A DNA stretch of 64,000 nt from Candidatus Poribacteria bacterium (lineage in GTDB: Bacteria > Poribacteria > WGA-4E > WGA-3G): assembly GCA_963664215.1 (NCBI GenBank), contig OY761015.1; one strand, given 5' to 3'. Numbering within the stretch: the first letter of the stretch is position 1; each line of letters opens with the position of its first letter. The notes under the pieces were generated by a model, which ran no database searches, was not told where the DNA came from, and saw only the letters and a program-made list of their open reading frames with translations. Below are positions 19,267 through 27,863 of this stretch, one piece after another. The translations under genes were made by a program, and so were the position numbers.

Positions 19267-20022
19267 TTAACCTGCATCTATGACGTATGGACGGTTGCCG
19301 ATGGATGGCGGCAGGAGCATCCGTTTCTGTTGTTCGGTGAGTTCACCATATTTGCTGAGATCGTGATATTCTCCCGACCATGCCGAGTGTCCCGGACTAT
19401 ATTTATAGAGCAGGGAGCGGCGTTGATGTTTTGCCCGCCACGTCATCGTCCCGTGAACAAGGGCTTCCGTGAAGAACAACACATCTCCCGCTTCGACAGC
19501 CGGTTGCACAACGTAGTGTGCAGGACGCTCGAAATGCTGCACATCTGACGGCAAATCCTGCAAGAAATTGCTCTTATGGCTTCCCGGAATACAGGCGAAT
19601 CCACCTGCACCTTCGGGGGCATCCGCCAGATTGTATGACATCACAGACAATCCGTTGCGCATCACACCATCGCGATATTTGTACCAGTGATCCGCCTCAG
19701 GACCGCCGGGTCCACCGCCATCTTCACCGCCGTGCAATCTACCACCCTCTTGCCCTTCATCCATAAAGATGGCATAATCGTGATCTAAACGGACGTGTGG
19801 ACCTAATAACTCGAGGAGATACGGGAGAATTTTCGGATGGTCAATCAGGCTCTTAAAGGGTTCACCCCAGAGACTCGACACTCGATCGCCGTGTCCTCTC
19901 AAACTCTCGCTGGATTCTCTATCGATAAACGCATTCATCTCAGCGACTTCATCTTCGGTCAAGACGTTCTTTATCACGAGATAGCCTTGAAGGTCTACCT
20001 GAAATTTTTCTTCACCAGTCAT
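19267..20022 (-). CDS. Phytanoyl-CoA dioxygenase (PhyH) family Fe(II)/2-oxoglutarate oxygenase, copy 1 of 3.
   Basis: 'HVRLDHDYAIFM' HxD iron motif, 'GFACIPGSHK', 'FFTEALVHGT'. Start set at 'MTGEEKF' by alignment with copy 3. Carries a 15-aa insertion relative to the other copies. Confidence 0.8.
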   Translation of the reverse strand: MTGEEKFQVDLQGYLVIKNVLTEDEVAEMNAFIDRESSESLRGHGDRVSSLWGEPFKSLIDHPKILPYLLELLGPHVRLDHDYAIFMDEGQEGGRLHGGEDGGGPGGPEADHWYKYRDGVMRNGLSVMSYNLADAPEGAGGFACIPGSHKSNFLQDLPSDVQHFERPAHYVVQPAVEAGDVLFFTEALVHGTMTWRAKHQRRSLLYKYSPGHSAWSGEYHDLSKYGELTEQQKRMLLPPSIGNRPYVIDAG

Positions 20023-20136
20023 TTGTAGAAACTCCTTCGTTTGGTTTTCAGTTTGTAGGTTCGGTTTCACTGCGTTCCACCCAACGCCTTTGTGAACCAG
20101 ACGGGTAGGTGCGGTTTCCAACCGCACCAGATTGCT
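20023..20136. repeat. About 114-bp intergenic unit repeated between the PhyH copies, containing the hairpin GGTGCGGTT-tcc-AACCGCACC.
   Basis: Near-identical sequence at 20872-20985. Confidence 0.75.
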
Positions 20137-20871
20137 TCAATTCTCTTCAACAACGCGGGGACGTCTACCGATTGAAGGCGGCAACAACATCCGCTTCTGT
20201 TGTTCCGTCAACCCTTCGTATTGACCGAGGTCGTAATAATTGCCCGACCATGCCGAGTGTCCAGGACTATATTTGTAGAGCAGCGACCGACGTTGATGTT
20301 TTGCTGTCCACGGCATCGTTCCATGAACGAGGGCTTCCGTGAAGAATAGCACATCCCCTGCATTAAGAGACGGTTGGACGACGTAGTGCGTTGAACGTTC
20401 AAATCGCCGCACCTCCGACGGGATTTCCCGCAAGAAGTTGCTCTTATGACTTCCGGGGATACAAGCGAATCCGCCTGCACCTTCCGGTGCGTCTGCTAAA
20501 TTATATGTCATCACGCATAACCCGTTCCGCATGATACCGTCGCGGTATTTGTACCAGTGATCGCCTTCGTTGCCGCCGGGTCTACCACCGTCTTCACCGC
20601 CGTGCAATCCGCCACGTCCTTGTCCTGCCTCCAGAAAGATGGCGTAATCGTGGTCGAGACGAACGTGCGGACCCAACAGGTCGATGAGATACGGCAGGAT
20701 CTTCGGATGATCGATCAATCTCTTAAAAGACTCACCCCAAAGGCTTGGTGGTCCTTGGCGTTCACCATTATCAATAATGGCATTCATCTCGGTGACTTCA
20801 TCCTCAGTCAGAACATTCTTTATGACGAGGTAACCCTCAAGATCTACCTGAAATTTTTCTTCACCTGTCAT
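20137..20871 (-). CDS. PhyH-family dioxygenase, copy 2 of 3.
   Basis: About 85% identical to copies 1 and 3 across the whole protein. Confidence 0.8.
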   Translation of the reverse strand: MTGEEKFQVDLEGYLVIKNVLTEDEVTEMNAIIDNGERQGPPSLWGESFKRLIDHPKILPYLIDLLGPHVRLDHDYAIFLEAGQGRGGLHGGEDGGRPGGNEGDHWYKYRDGIMRNGLCVMTYNLADAPEGAGGFACIPGSHKSNFLREIPSEVRRFERSTHYVVQPSLNAGDVLFFTEALVHGTMPWTAKHQRRSLLYKYSPGHSAWSGNYYDLGQYEGLTEQQKRMLLPPSIGRRPRVVEEN

Positions 20872-20985
20872 TGGGATAAATCCTTTCGTTAGATTTTCAG
20901 TGTGTAGGTTCGATTTCACTGCGTTCCACCCAACGCCTTTGTGAACCAGATGGGTAGGTGCGGTTTTCAACCGCACCAGATTGCT
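20872..20985. repeat. Second copy of the 114-bp inter-PhyH spacer with hairpin.
   Basis: Seen directly. Confidence 0.75.
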
Positions 20986-21720
20986 TCAATTTTCTTCAAT
21001 AACGCGGGGACGCCTACCGATGGATGGCGGCAACAACATCCGTTTCTGTTGTTCTGTCAACCCTTCATATTTACTGATGTCGTAATAGTGTTCCGACCAT
21101 GACGAGTGTCCCGGACTGTATTTATAGAGCAACGAACGGCGTTGGTGTTCCGCTGTCCACGGCATCGTCCCGTGGATGAGTGCCTCGGTGAAAAACAGAA
21201 CGTCACCGGCTTCCAGTGGCGGTTGAACGACATAGTGTGCCGGACGCTCAAAACGTCGCACATCCGTTGGGAGTTCCGTCGGAAAGTTACACTTGTGGCT
21301 TGCTGGGATACAGGCGAACCCACCCGCGCCCGCTGGAGCATCCGCCAGATTATAAGTCATCACGGACAACCCGTTCCGCATGTGTCCATCTCGGTATTTA
21401 TACCAGTGATCGCCGACGCTGCCACCGGCGCGTCCACCGTCCTCACCGCCGTGCAATCCACCACGTCCTTGCCCTTTTTCCATAAAGAGGGCATAATCGT
21501 GGTCGAGTCGGACATGCGGACCCAACATATCGATGAGATACGGCAGGATTTTCGGATGATCGATGAGTCGCTTGAACGGTTCACCCCAGAGACTCGGCGG
21601 TCCTTCGAGGTCGCCTTTGTCGATAATGGCGTTCATCTCAGCGACTTCATCGTCGGTCAGAACATTCTTTATGACGAGATAGCCCTCAAGATCTACCGCA
21701 AATTTTTCTTCACCAGTCAT
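20986..21720 (-). CDS. PhyH-family dioxygenase, copy 3 of 3.
   Basis: Same motifs; native 'MTGEEKFAVDLEGY' start. Confidence 0.8.
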   Translation of the reverse strand: MTGEEKFAVDLEGYLVIKNVLTDDEVAEMNAIIDKGDLEGPPSLWGEPFKRLIDHPKILPYLIDMLGPHVRLDHDYALFMEKGQGRGGLHGGEDGGRAGGSVGDHWYKYRDGHMRNGLSVMTYNLADAPAGAGGFACIPASHKCNFPTELPTDVRRFERPAHYVVQPPLEAGDVLFFTEALIHGTMPWTAEHQRRSLLYKYSPGHSSWSEHYYDISKYEGLTEQQKRMLLPPSIGRRPRVIEEN

Positions 21721-21819
21721 GTGAAAGTTCCTTTCATTTAGCAGTCAGCAGTTAGTCTTCAGCAGTCGGTTTTGATTGACGATAGTCCATTATAGCATTA
21801 CCGAAATATTTCGTAAACT

Positions 21820-22992
21820 TCAACTGACTTTTCGATCTTTTGGTGGAGTCACTTCAAAATCGAAGCCACCGAGCACATCGCCGTTCACCTCCACCTCGAA
21901 ACGGTGCCAACCGAGACAGGCCTTTCCGTCCGCGTGCTGCTTAAGCGAAGGCAACGGAAACAGAGATTTCTCATAATCGACACGCTCTCTCGGCTTCAAC
22001 TTCCGTTGACTGAACCGGTAGCGTTTACGCGTGATGTGTCCTGATGGACGTTTGTAAGCGACTGCGTAATACGTAAGGATTGTCTGTTCAGCATCGGAGT
22101 CGCTCTGTAAACTGAACGAAAAATCGAAAACCTCATTGATCGGAAGCATTTGGCGTTCAGGTTTCAACTCGATGAGTGCAATATTCGCTTTACCTAATGT
22201 CGGCACCGCTCCCATGCCGAGGAGTTTGAAAGCGCGTTCGTCACCAATCTTCACCTGATATTTCAATGCCTGCCGGAGAATTTTCTGCGTCTCTGACCGT
22301 CCATCCTGACACCACCGTTCCAGTGTGGTGTACCCCGCCTCTGGGTAGTCCTTGACGATATCGCGCATACCCGTCGCGACCTGTTCCCGAACACGCGCAT
22401 CTGGATCGTCTTTGAGTATTTCCAGCAGTGATAGGATCGGTTGTGGGTCTTGGATAAACGGACGCAGCCATTTTTGGTGTATGCCGCGTGTACACAGCGA
22501 TGCCGCCACGAAAAGGCGGAGATTTGCGTTTTCGTCATTGACCCATTCACTGAAACGTTCAAAACACCGATTCGGGGCTTTGATGATAAACGCACGAATC
22601 TCATCGCCACGGGTACACCGATGTTTTGAGAGTTCGCGGAAAGCGTCCAGAGATGCCTCGAAATCGGCGAGTCCGTAGAGGCTAATAAAGTGCGAAATCG
22701 GTCTCAGGCTCGTCTCGACTTCGGGGGTTGGGTGCCGCGTCGGTTCCGGTGGTGCTTTGATCTCGACGAACGCCATCAAGATAGCGAGAGCCTCGGAATA
22801 GTTTTCTGGAAGATACTGGCGTAGGACGCGACCAATCGCGTTCGTCACGTTGTGGAGCGTCTGTCCCTCCATCTCTGTCCGAACGTCAGAGACGAAGGCA
22901 GTCACATCGAATTCAGGATAGATGTGCTGCAACTTCTTGCCGATGACCAAGCCGTCCTGTGTCAGATCGAAAAGTGTGCGTTGATCTCTCAT
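21820..22992 (-). CDS. HEAT-repeat DNA alkylation repair (AlkD/AlkC-like DNA_alkylation family) protein with a C-terminal extension of about 120 aa.
   Basis: 'EILKDDPDARVREQVATGMRDIV', 'FVAASLC' and other HEAT-like helical repeats typical of DNA_alkylation proteins. Start set at ATG 22990-22992. Confidence 0.45.
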   Translation of the reverse strand: MRDQRTLFDLTQDGLVIGKKLQHIYPEFDVTAFVSDVRTEMEGQTLHNVTNAIGRVLRQYLPENYSEALAILMAFVEIKAPPEPTRHPTPEVETSLRPISHFISLYGLADFEASLDAFRELSKHRCTRGDEIRAFIIKAPNRCFERFSEWVNDENANLRLFVAASLCTRGIHQKWLRPFIQDPQPILSLLEILKDDPDARVREQVATGMRDIVKDYPEAGYTTLERWCQDGRSETQKILRQALKYQVKIGDERAFKLLGMGAVPTLGKANIALIELKPERQMLPINEVFDFSFSLQSDSDAEQTILTYYAVAYKRPSGHITRKRYRFSQRKLKPRERVDYEKSLFPLPSLKQHADGKACLGWHRFEVEVNGDVLGGFDFEVTPPKDRKVS

Positions 22993-23068
22993 GTCCAAAG
23001 ATTCCTCTACTTCGGTGTTCCTTGATTCCCACGGGTATAATCCAAAGGTACTGACATTTATTTTCTTG

Positions 23069-23120
23069 GTAGGAGGGATCTCCGAATCCCGACTGCTGTA
23101 GGAGCGACCTCCTGGTCGCG
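23069..23120. repeat. REP-like family D: GTAGGAGGGAwCTCCGAwTCCCGACT with an AGGAG/CTCCT hairpin.
   Basis: Also at 37710-37752. Confidence 0.7.
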
Positions 23121-23202
23121 ATACACCGCACAAACAATCAGAAAACCGAATAGTTCTGATCGTCAGTTATCAGGGCGTTTTCCCATGAAAATTCGCCTTA
23201 AA

Positions 23203-23222
23203 ATGTTACACCAGTGTAACAT
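23203..23222. promoter_or_regulatory. Perfect 9-bp inverted repeat ATGTTACAC-ca-GTGTAACAT: candidate operator upstream of the alkylation-repair-like gene.
   Basis: Seen directly. A half-site 'GTGTAACAT' repeats at about 23317. Confidence 0.4.
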
Positions 23223-23498
23223 TTGGTGTACATCTGTTATCGTCGAAGAACCCAGTCCCTGCAAGGGTTCAGAGGCGTTTTTCTGTGAGCATCCGTTACG
23301 GAAAAAAACAATTTGGTGGAAAGTGTAACATTCTGCGTTTTTGAATTTCTACAGACTTCTAACATAACATACTATAAGTGTCGCATATATAAAGCAAAAA
23401 GTCAAGGGTGTGTAAAGTTTTTGGCATTCAACGTCCGAAGGTATTTTATGTCCTTTTAGGACGCCGGGGATACTCCGATTTTTGACCTGTTTCCTCTT

Positions 23499-23625
23499 CA
23501 ACCCCGTAGGGGTAACATCTCTGTAGAACGTGGTGAGACCCCATGAGTGAACCCCGTAGGGGTGACATCTCTGTAGAACGTGGTGAGACCCATCAGCGAA
23601 CCCCGTAGGGGTGACATCTACTTTG
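23499..23625. repeat. REP-like family B, three tandem copies (about 50-bp period): AACCCCGTAGGGGTrACATCTCTGTAGAACGTGGTGAGACCC, ending TTTGACAAAATAT.
   Basis: Seen directly. Shares a flanking 'gtgtaaagtttttggcattcaa' module (23403-23435) with 166-195. Confidence 0.8.
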
Positions 23626-23833
23626 ACAAAATATTTACACACCCAGAAGTCAAGGAAAATATTCAGTTTTTTGGCAGGGGCGTTTGAATTGTGAAACCGT
23701 CTGAATCTCGGATGACACGGATGCAGTAGATGATGCGGATTTTTGAGAGTGAAATGGAGCGTTGAGGCAACCTCACTAGCGAGGGGACTTCAGTCGAATT
23801 CACGTTATATCTGTTAAAGAGTGTTATACCGAA

Positions 23834-24067
23834 TTAGGTGGACTGGATTTTGGTGAGTGATAGCATTTTTGCGTGAGCGGACTCTAAAATCGAATCTCGA
23901 ATGAAGATGCTGGCATTTAGAATTTCAATACCTATGAGTTCACCGTTGCTGTTCAATTCGGCGGTGATATTGGGACTGAGTTCCAGACTCGCACTTTCTG
24001 GCTCCTCAGAAATCGCCAGATGCAATACATCCTCTTTCTCAAAATAGGTCATCTTTGTTTTATTCAA
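23834..24067 (-). CDS. DUF2283-family small protein, usual partner of DUF4258 in TA-like pairs.
   Basis: 'YFEKEDVLHLAISEEPESASLELSPNITAELNSNGELIGIEILNAS' matches the DUF2283 consensus (...GEIVGIEILNAS). Confidence 0.4.
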   Translation of the reverse strand: MNKTKMTYFEKEDVLHLAISEEPESASLELSPNITAELNSNGELIGIEILNASIFIRDSILESAHAKMLSLTKIQST

Positions 24068-24392
24068 GGGTGGACCTTGCTGTCTTAACTCGGAATCGGA
24101 TCTGTTGACGAGTTGTGGCGTGAATCGTTATTGGAATGCCCCACGGACGGTGCCTTCATTTTCTTCACCGAGTTGCGCGTATTTCTCGAGTTCGGCGTAA
24201 TAGGTTTTGATGGGTTTATGAGTGGGTTTGATGTTGGGATCAGACATCTATGTTCTCCGTGTGTTCTTGGCATACAAAACGATACCCTATTATACACGGA
24301 GTCGGACGAAATTGCGAGGGGAATTTTGCTGTGGTCTGGATCAGGATTGATAGGATTAAATACACTTTTTTGAGTGTTAATGCCTTGGGAAG

Positions 24393-26864
24393 TTATTCTT
24401 CCAGCAATTGCATGATTTCATCAAAACCGAAGTTCAGAATAAATTCTGCGTAATAACTGTCGAACAGATCTTTGAGGTAAGTACCTAATTCAACGTCAAA
24501 ATCGGTGTTGTTATAGAAGCTGGTATTGTCTTCTTCTCGCACCACTTGATATTTACGAGCCTTTGTAATTGAATATAGAAACAGGACATGAGAATATACA
24601 GAGGCGATATATCTCTGATTCGCTATTTCTAACTGTTCCTGACTAGCATTTCTGGTTTTCGCTCTGAAGTTCATTAGAACAGTACTATCCATGTTAATAT
24701 AAACGCTTTCTAACTTATCTTCTTTCACCATCGGGTACATTACAGTACCGAAGTCCATCGTCTCACTTGTCGCATTTTCGACTTGCTCCCAAGTTAATGC
24801 ACCATTTCTTTCCTGTCTTTCTTCTTGATAAACGAATTTCAGGTCGGGTAATCCTAAGGTTGGAATTTCCTTTTTTTCAGGTTTCGGTGAGGGCTGCGAG
24901 GGGGCTTTTGGTTCACTTACTTTCACCCAGAATATATCCTCAAATTCCCCTGTTGGATCTTCCAAGCTAACTTTGATTTTTGCTTCAGCCCCAACATTTA
25001 CTTCTTTTTTAGGATTAAGATGAATCTTGATCGTTCCGTCTTGTGGACTGCTTCTCCGAGCATTAAATACATCATCAATCCGGTCAACTTTACCCGGAGC
25101 ATCCCCACCTTCTGTTTCATTCGTTTTGAAGTCAAGAATGGCGATTTTCAACTCTCCGGGTTCTTCAATTCGGTTAAAATAATTGTTTTCGACATCCGTA
25201 TCAAAGAGAATCGTTTTCTCTCCACCAAATGGTATTATCACTACTTCTTTACCTTTTTTTCCTTGTCCACGTCGTTTGAAAAATGCAGGAAATCGTTGTG
25301 GATTAAAAGGATTCTGCTCCTTCTCCTTCTGTTTTTTCTTAGTTGAGTTGTTAGTGTTCCCTTTTTGCTTACCTTTGGGTGGTAAATCTAAATTTAAAGT
25401 TTGCTCCAATAACTTTAATAACTCTTCATTTCGCGAGAAATTCTGTGCGAAAGATTTGAGTAAGTCTTTCGCATCTTCACTTTCTACCGCTATTGAGTCT
25501 TTCCTTCGTTTCTGAATTTCCGTTAAACGCCCATCTTTCGCACCAAGTTTTCCTGCCAAAAATCTCCGCAAAATACGTGTTTCCTCTCCACTTTTCAATC
25601 TGTCCCGAGAAGCCATGAATAACTCTTTACGGAAGTCATAGTTCATATCCGTGCAATCGACATGGATAAGAAGATGTTCCTTGAGTAAGTTCAATTTTAG
25701 AGAGCGAGTTATGAATTCCGATGTGTAGTGTCCATGGACCTGTCCGTTGACTGAAAATAGGACAGACATATTATTTTTGAAGAACTCTCTGCGAATTGTT
25801 TCTTTAGTTTCCTTGACGGATCTGTCATCAATTTTCGTTTTGAACACATAGCAGGTCACTTTCATTTTACCAAAAAGGTCATCGTCAAAATCTTCGGAAA
25901 AGGACTCTTCAACGTACTTGTTATCTTCCTGTTCTAATCTGCGCTTTAATCCATATAAACCCCGTCGCAAAGAACTTTTAGGGTAGCGTTCCTCTTTTTC
26001 GATCGTATAGACTGGTAAGATGGGTTCAAACAGATATTCGTTAATGCTCTGATTCAAATCCCTTGAAATATCTGAGATTCCAGAGGGAAGATCATAAGAG
26101 TAGAGTTTGATAATTGTTCCTGCTGTGAAAGTCCTTTTATATAGTCCTAAATCCTGTTGATCTGCTTGAAAAGAAGGAATTTTTCCGCCGATCTTGAGGT
26201 ATTCGTACCATGTGTTCTTTTTCGTGCTTGCTTCTGCTTTGCTCAATGGATGTTCTCTGATTAATGTGAAACCGAATTCTCCAACGTTATCGTAACGTTT
26301 TGAGCCGATTAACTGGTATCGCTTTTTACCGCAGAACACAATGGCACCGCTGCCACCCATATTGTATCTACCTTGCACGAAGTGGATTTCGTTCTTATTC
26401 CCTCTCAATAACGAGAGGAAGGTGTTCTCGAATTCTTCAGGATGTTGTCCCTCGCCATCATCATAGATAATTAGGGAAGTTTTGCCCCGCGGTCCATCAG
26501 CAAGGATTTGGATGCTCTCAGCTTGTTGGTTTCTGAATGATGGCAGATCCCAATCTCTATGGTTTGGAAAGAAATTCGTTCTGGCTTCATCCATGGATTG
26601 GGGAGCTTGATTGGATTTGGGATCGATGCCTGCTTGCAAGCATTTCTTCATCAAAACAGCATCAATGGAGTTCGTAATTTTTTCAATCAGGGCGGCAATA
26701 GGACTTGATTGTTGATTTTCGATGACAGCGAAATAGTTTTCGTCTTCACCAATAGGAGACCAATTTTCAGATTTGAATATGTCAGAATGGACGTTGACGA
26801 TTTTATCAACGGTGTCTTCAGTTTGTGCGAAGTACAGTTTGTTGAAAAGTTCCTTCATATCCAT
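24393..26864 (-). CDS. GHKL/Bergerat-fold ATPase (HATPase_c-like) multidomain protein of 823 aa.
   Basis: N-box 'ALIEKITNSIDA', G1 'DDGEGQ', G2 'GRYNMGGSGA' in the first 200 aa. Long C-terminal region with a Lys-rich linker. Translationally coupled to the upstream PAPS-reductase gene (51-nt gap). Confidence 0.7.
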   Translation of the reverse strand: MDMKELFNKLYFAQTEDTVDKIVNVHSDIFKSENWSPIGEDENYFAVIENQQSSPIAALIEKITNSIDAVLMKKCLQAGIDPKSNQAPQSMDEARTNFFPNHRDWDLPSFRNQQAESIQILADGPRGKTSLIIYDDGEGQHPEEFENTFLSLLRGNKNEIHFVQGRYNMGGSGAIVFCGKKRYQLIGSKRYDNVGEFGFTLIREHPLSKAEASTKKNTWYEYLKIGGKIPSFQADQQDLGLYKRTFTAGTIIKLYSYDLPSGISDISRDLNQSINEYLFEPILPVYTIEKEERYPKSSLRRGLYGLKRRLEQEDNKYVEESFSEDFDDDLFGKMKVTCYVFKTKIDDRSVKETKETIRREFFKNNMSVLFSVNGQVHGHYTSEFITRSLKLNLLKEHLLIHVDCTDMNYDFRKELFMASRDRLKSGEETRILRRFLAGKLGAKDGRLTEIQKRRKDSIAVESEDAKDLLKSFAQNFSRNEELLKLLEQTLNLDLPPKGKQKGNTNNSTKKKQKEKEQNPFNPQRFPAFFKRRGQGKKGKEVVIIPFGGEKTILFDTDVENNYFNRIEEPGELKIAILDFKTNETEGGDAPGKVDRIDDVFNARRSSPQDGTIKIHLNPKKEVNVGAEAKIKVSLEDPTGEFEDIFWVKVSEPKAPSQPSPKPEKKEIPTLGLPDLKFVYQEERQERNGALTWEQVENATSETMDFGTVMYPMVKEDKLESVYINMDSTVLMNFRAKTRNASQEQLEIANQRYIASVYSHVLFLYSITKARKYQVVREEDNTSFYNNTDFDVELGTYLKDLFDSYYAEFILNFGFDEIMQLLEE

Positions 26865-26915
26865 TTTTCGGATTCCATTCTATGAACTTGAACCAAAAGG
26901 CAGGCAACCAAATTT

Positions 26916-27797
26916 TTACTTATGACAAATCAAACACGGCTCCTCATCATCCTCATCGTCGAGAACCTCGGTAAGGATCTCAGCGGGACTGAAGATTTGC
27001 ATTAGGGTTTGATTCGGTTTCGTCATTTTCTTATCCGCTATTGCTCTTTTCTTGTCTTCTATCGCCTTTTCGGTATTAGCCTTGATTTCTGTTACCCGTT
27101 CCGGTTTCGACAACTCCTCTAAAGTTTCACCCTGACACCATGTGAACAATTCATCTGTCTTTGAATGTGGATTGGGTTTCTCGTATTCCTTGGCGCGTTT
27201 AAACAGCTCTGGATGTTTCTCTAACAATCCGACCCACTCGGATTTGCGCTGGAAGAAACAGAAGTAACACCCGGAGCGCGTTCGCCAATTGTAATAGTCA
27301 GGTAAACCAACTCCACTCTCCTCCAGAATTCGATAGACATCCTCTTTCGTGATGCCGTCCTCTTTAAAAGGGTATTTGGGTTCGATATTGCGAAGGGTGG
27401 AGGTTTTTAATGGCTTATAGCCGATGCGCTCTTCGTCTGCACGGATGGCAATGTAATGATACGCTTTATCTTCGCCAACGTATTCTTCAAAAGGTCTTAT
27501 TTTTAGGTTAACAGTGCACCAGCGAACTTGAGACGATGGCAGCAAACCCCCATAGAGCGTCAACCAATGGTCGAAATCGCGGTTACTGTTGGGATCGGAA
27601 TCCATGTTGAGGCGTATAATCGGTTTGCCGAGGAATACCTCTAATCGATCCAAAAACGCATAGGTCTCTGGCAATTCCTTACCTGTGTCAGAAAAGAAGT
27701 ATTCCATCTCGGGCACTTTGTCCCGCATGTAAACCGCAAGCGCAGAACTGTCTTTGCCTCCAGAGAGGCCGAGAAGATGACGAACTTTATGTTCCAT
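26916..27797 (-). CDS. PAPS reductase-family (PP-loop) ATP pyrophosphatase, SspD/DndC-like.
   Basis: PP-loop 'LGLSGGKDSSALAVYM' near the N-terminus. Conserved Cys pairs including a C-terminal 'CLICHK'. 293 aa. Confidence 0.8.
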   Translation of the reverse strand: MEHKVRHLLGLSGGKDSSALAVYMRDKVPEMEYFFSDTGKELPETYAFLDRLEVFLGKPIIRLNMDSDPNSNRDFDHWLTLYGGLLPSSQVRWCTVNLKIRPFEEYVGEDKAYHYIAIRADEERIGYKPLKTSTLRNIEPKYPFKEDGITKEDVYRILEESGVGLPDYYNWRTRSGCYFCFFQRKSEWVGLLEKHPELFKRAKEYEKPNPHSKTDELFTWCQGETLEELSKPERVTEIKANTEKAIEDKKRAIADKKMTKPNQTLMQIFSPAEILTEVLDDEDDEEPCLICHK

Positions 27798-27863
27798 GTT
27801 TCCCTCTGAGGTAGTTGTTTTGTTACTCTACAATCCCAAGTGTACCATATACTTCCAAAAATA

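Noticed and set aside
20208-21741. Antisense and alternate-frame ORFs inside the PhyH triplication (20208-20480, 20557-20892, 21057-21341, 21106-21741, 21216-21485).
   Set aside because: They are repeated in each copy only because the DNA is repeated. Arg/His-rich compositions are typical of out-of-frame GC-rich coding DNA. The PhyH frames carry the conserved motifs.
24085-24373. Track ORFs 24085-24297 (minus) and 24113-24373 (plus) as genes.
   Set aside because: Low-complexity, motif-free translations. The only plausible coding signal in this interval is the short 41-aa frame noted in the findings.
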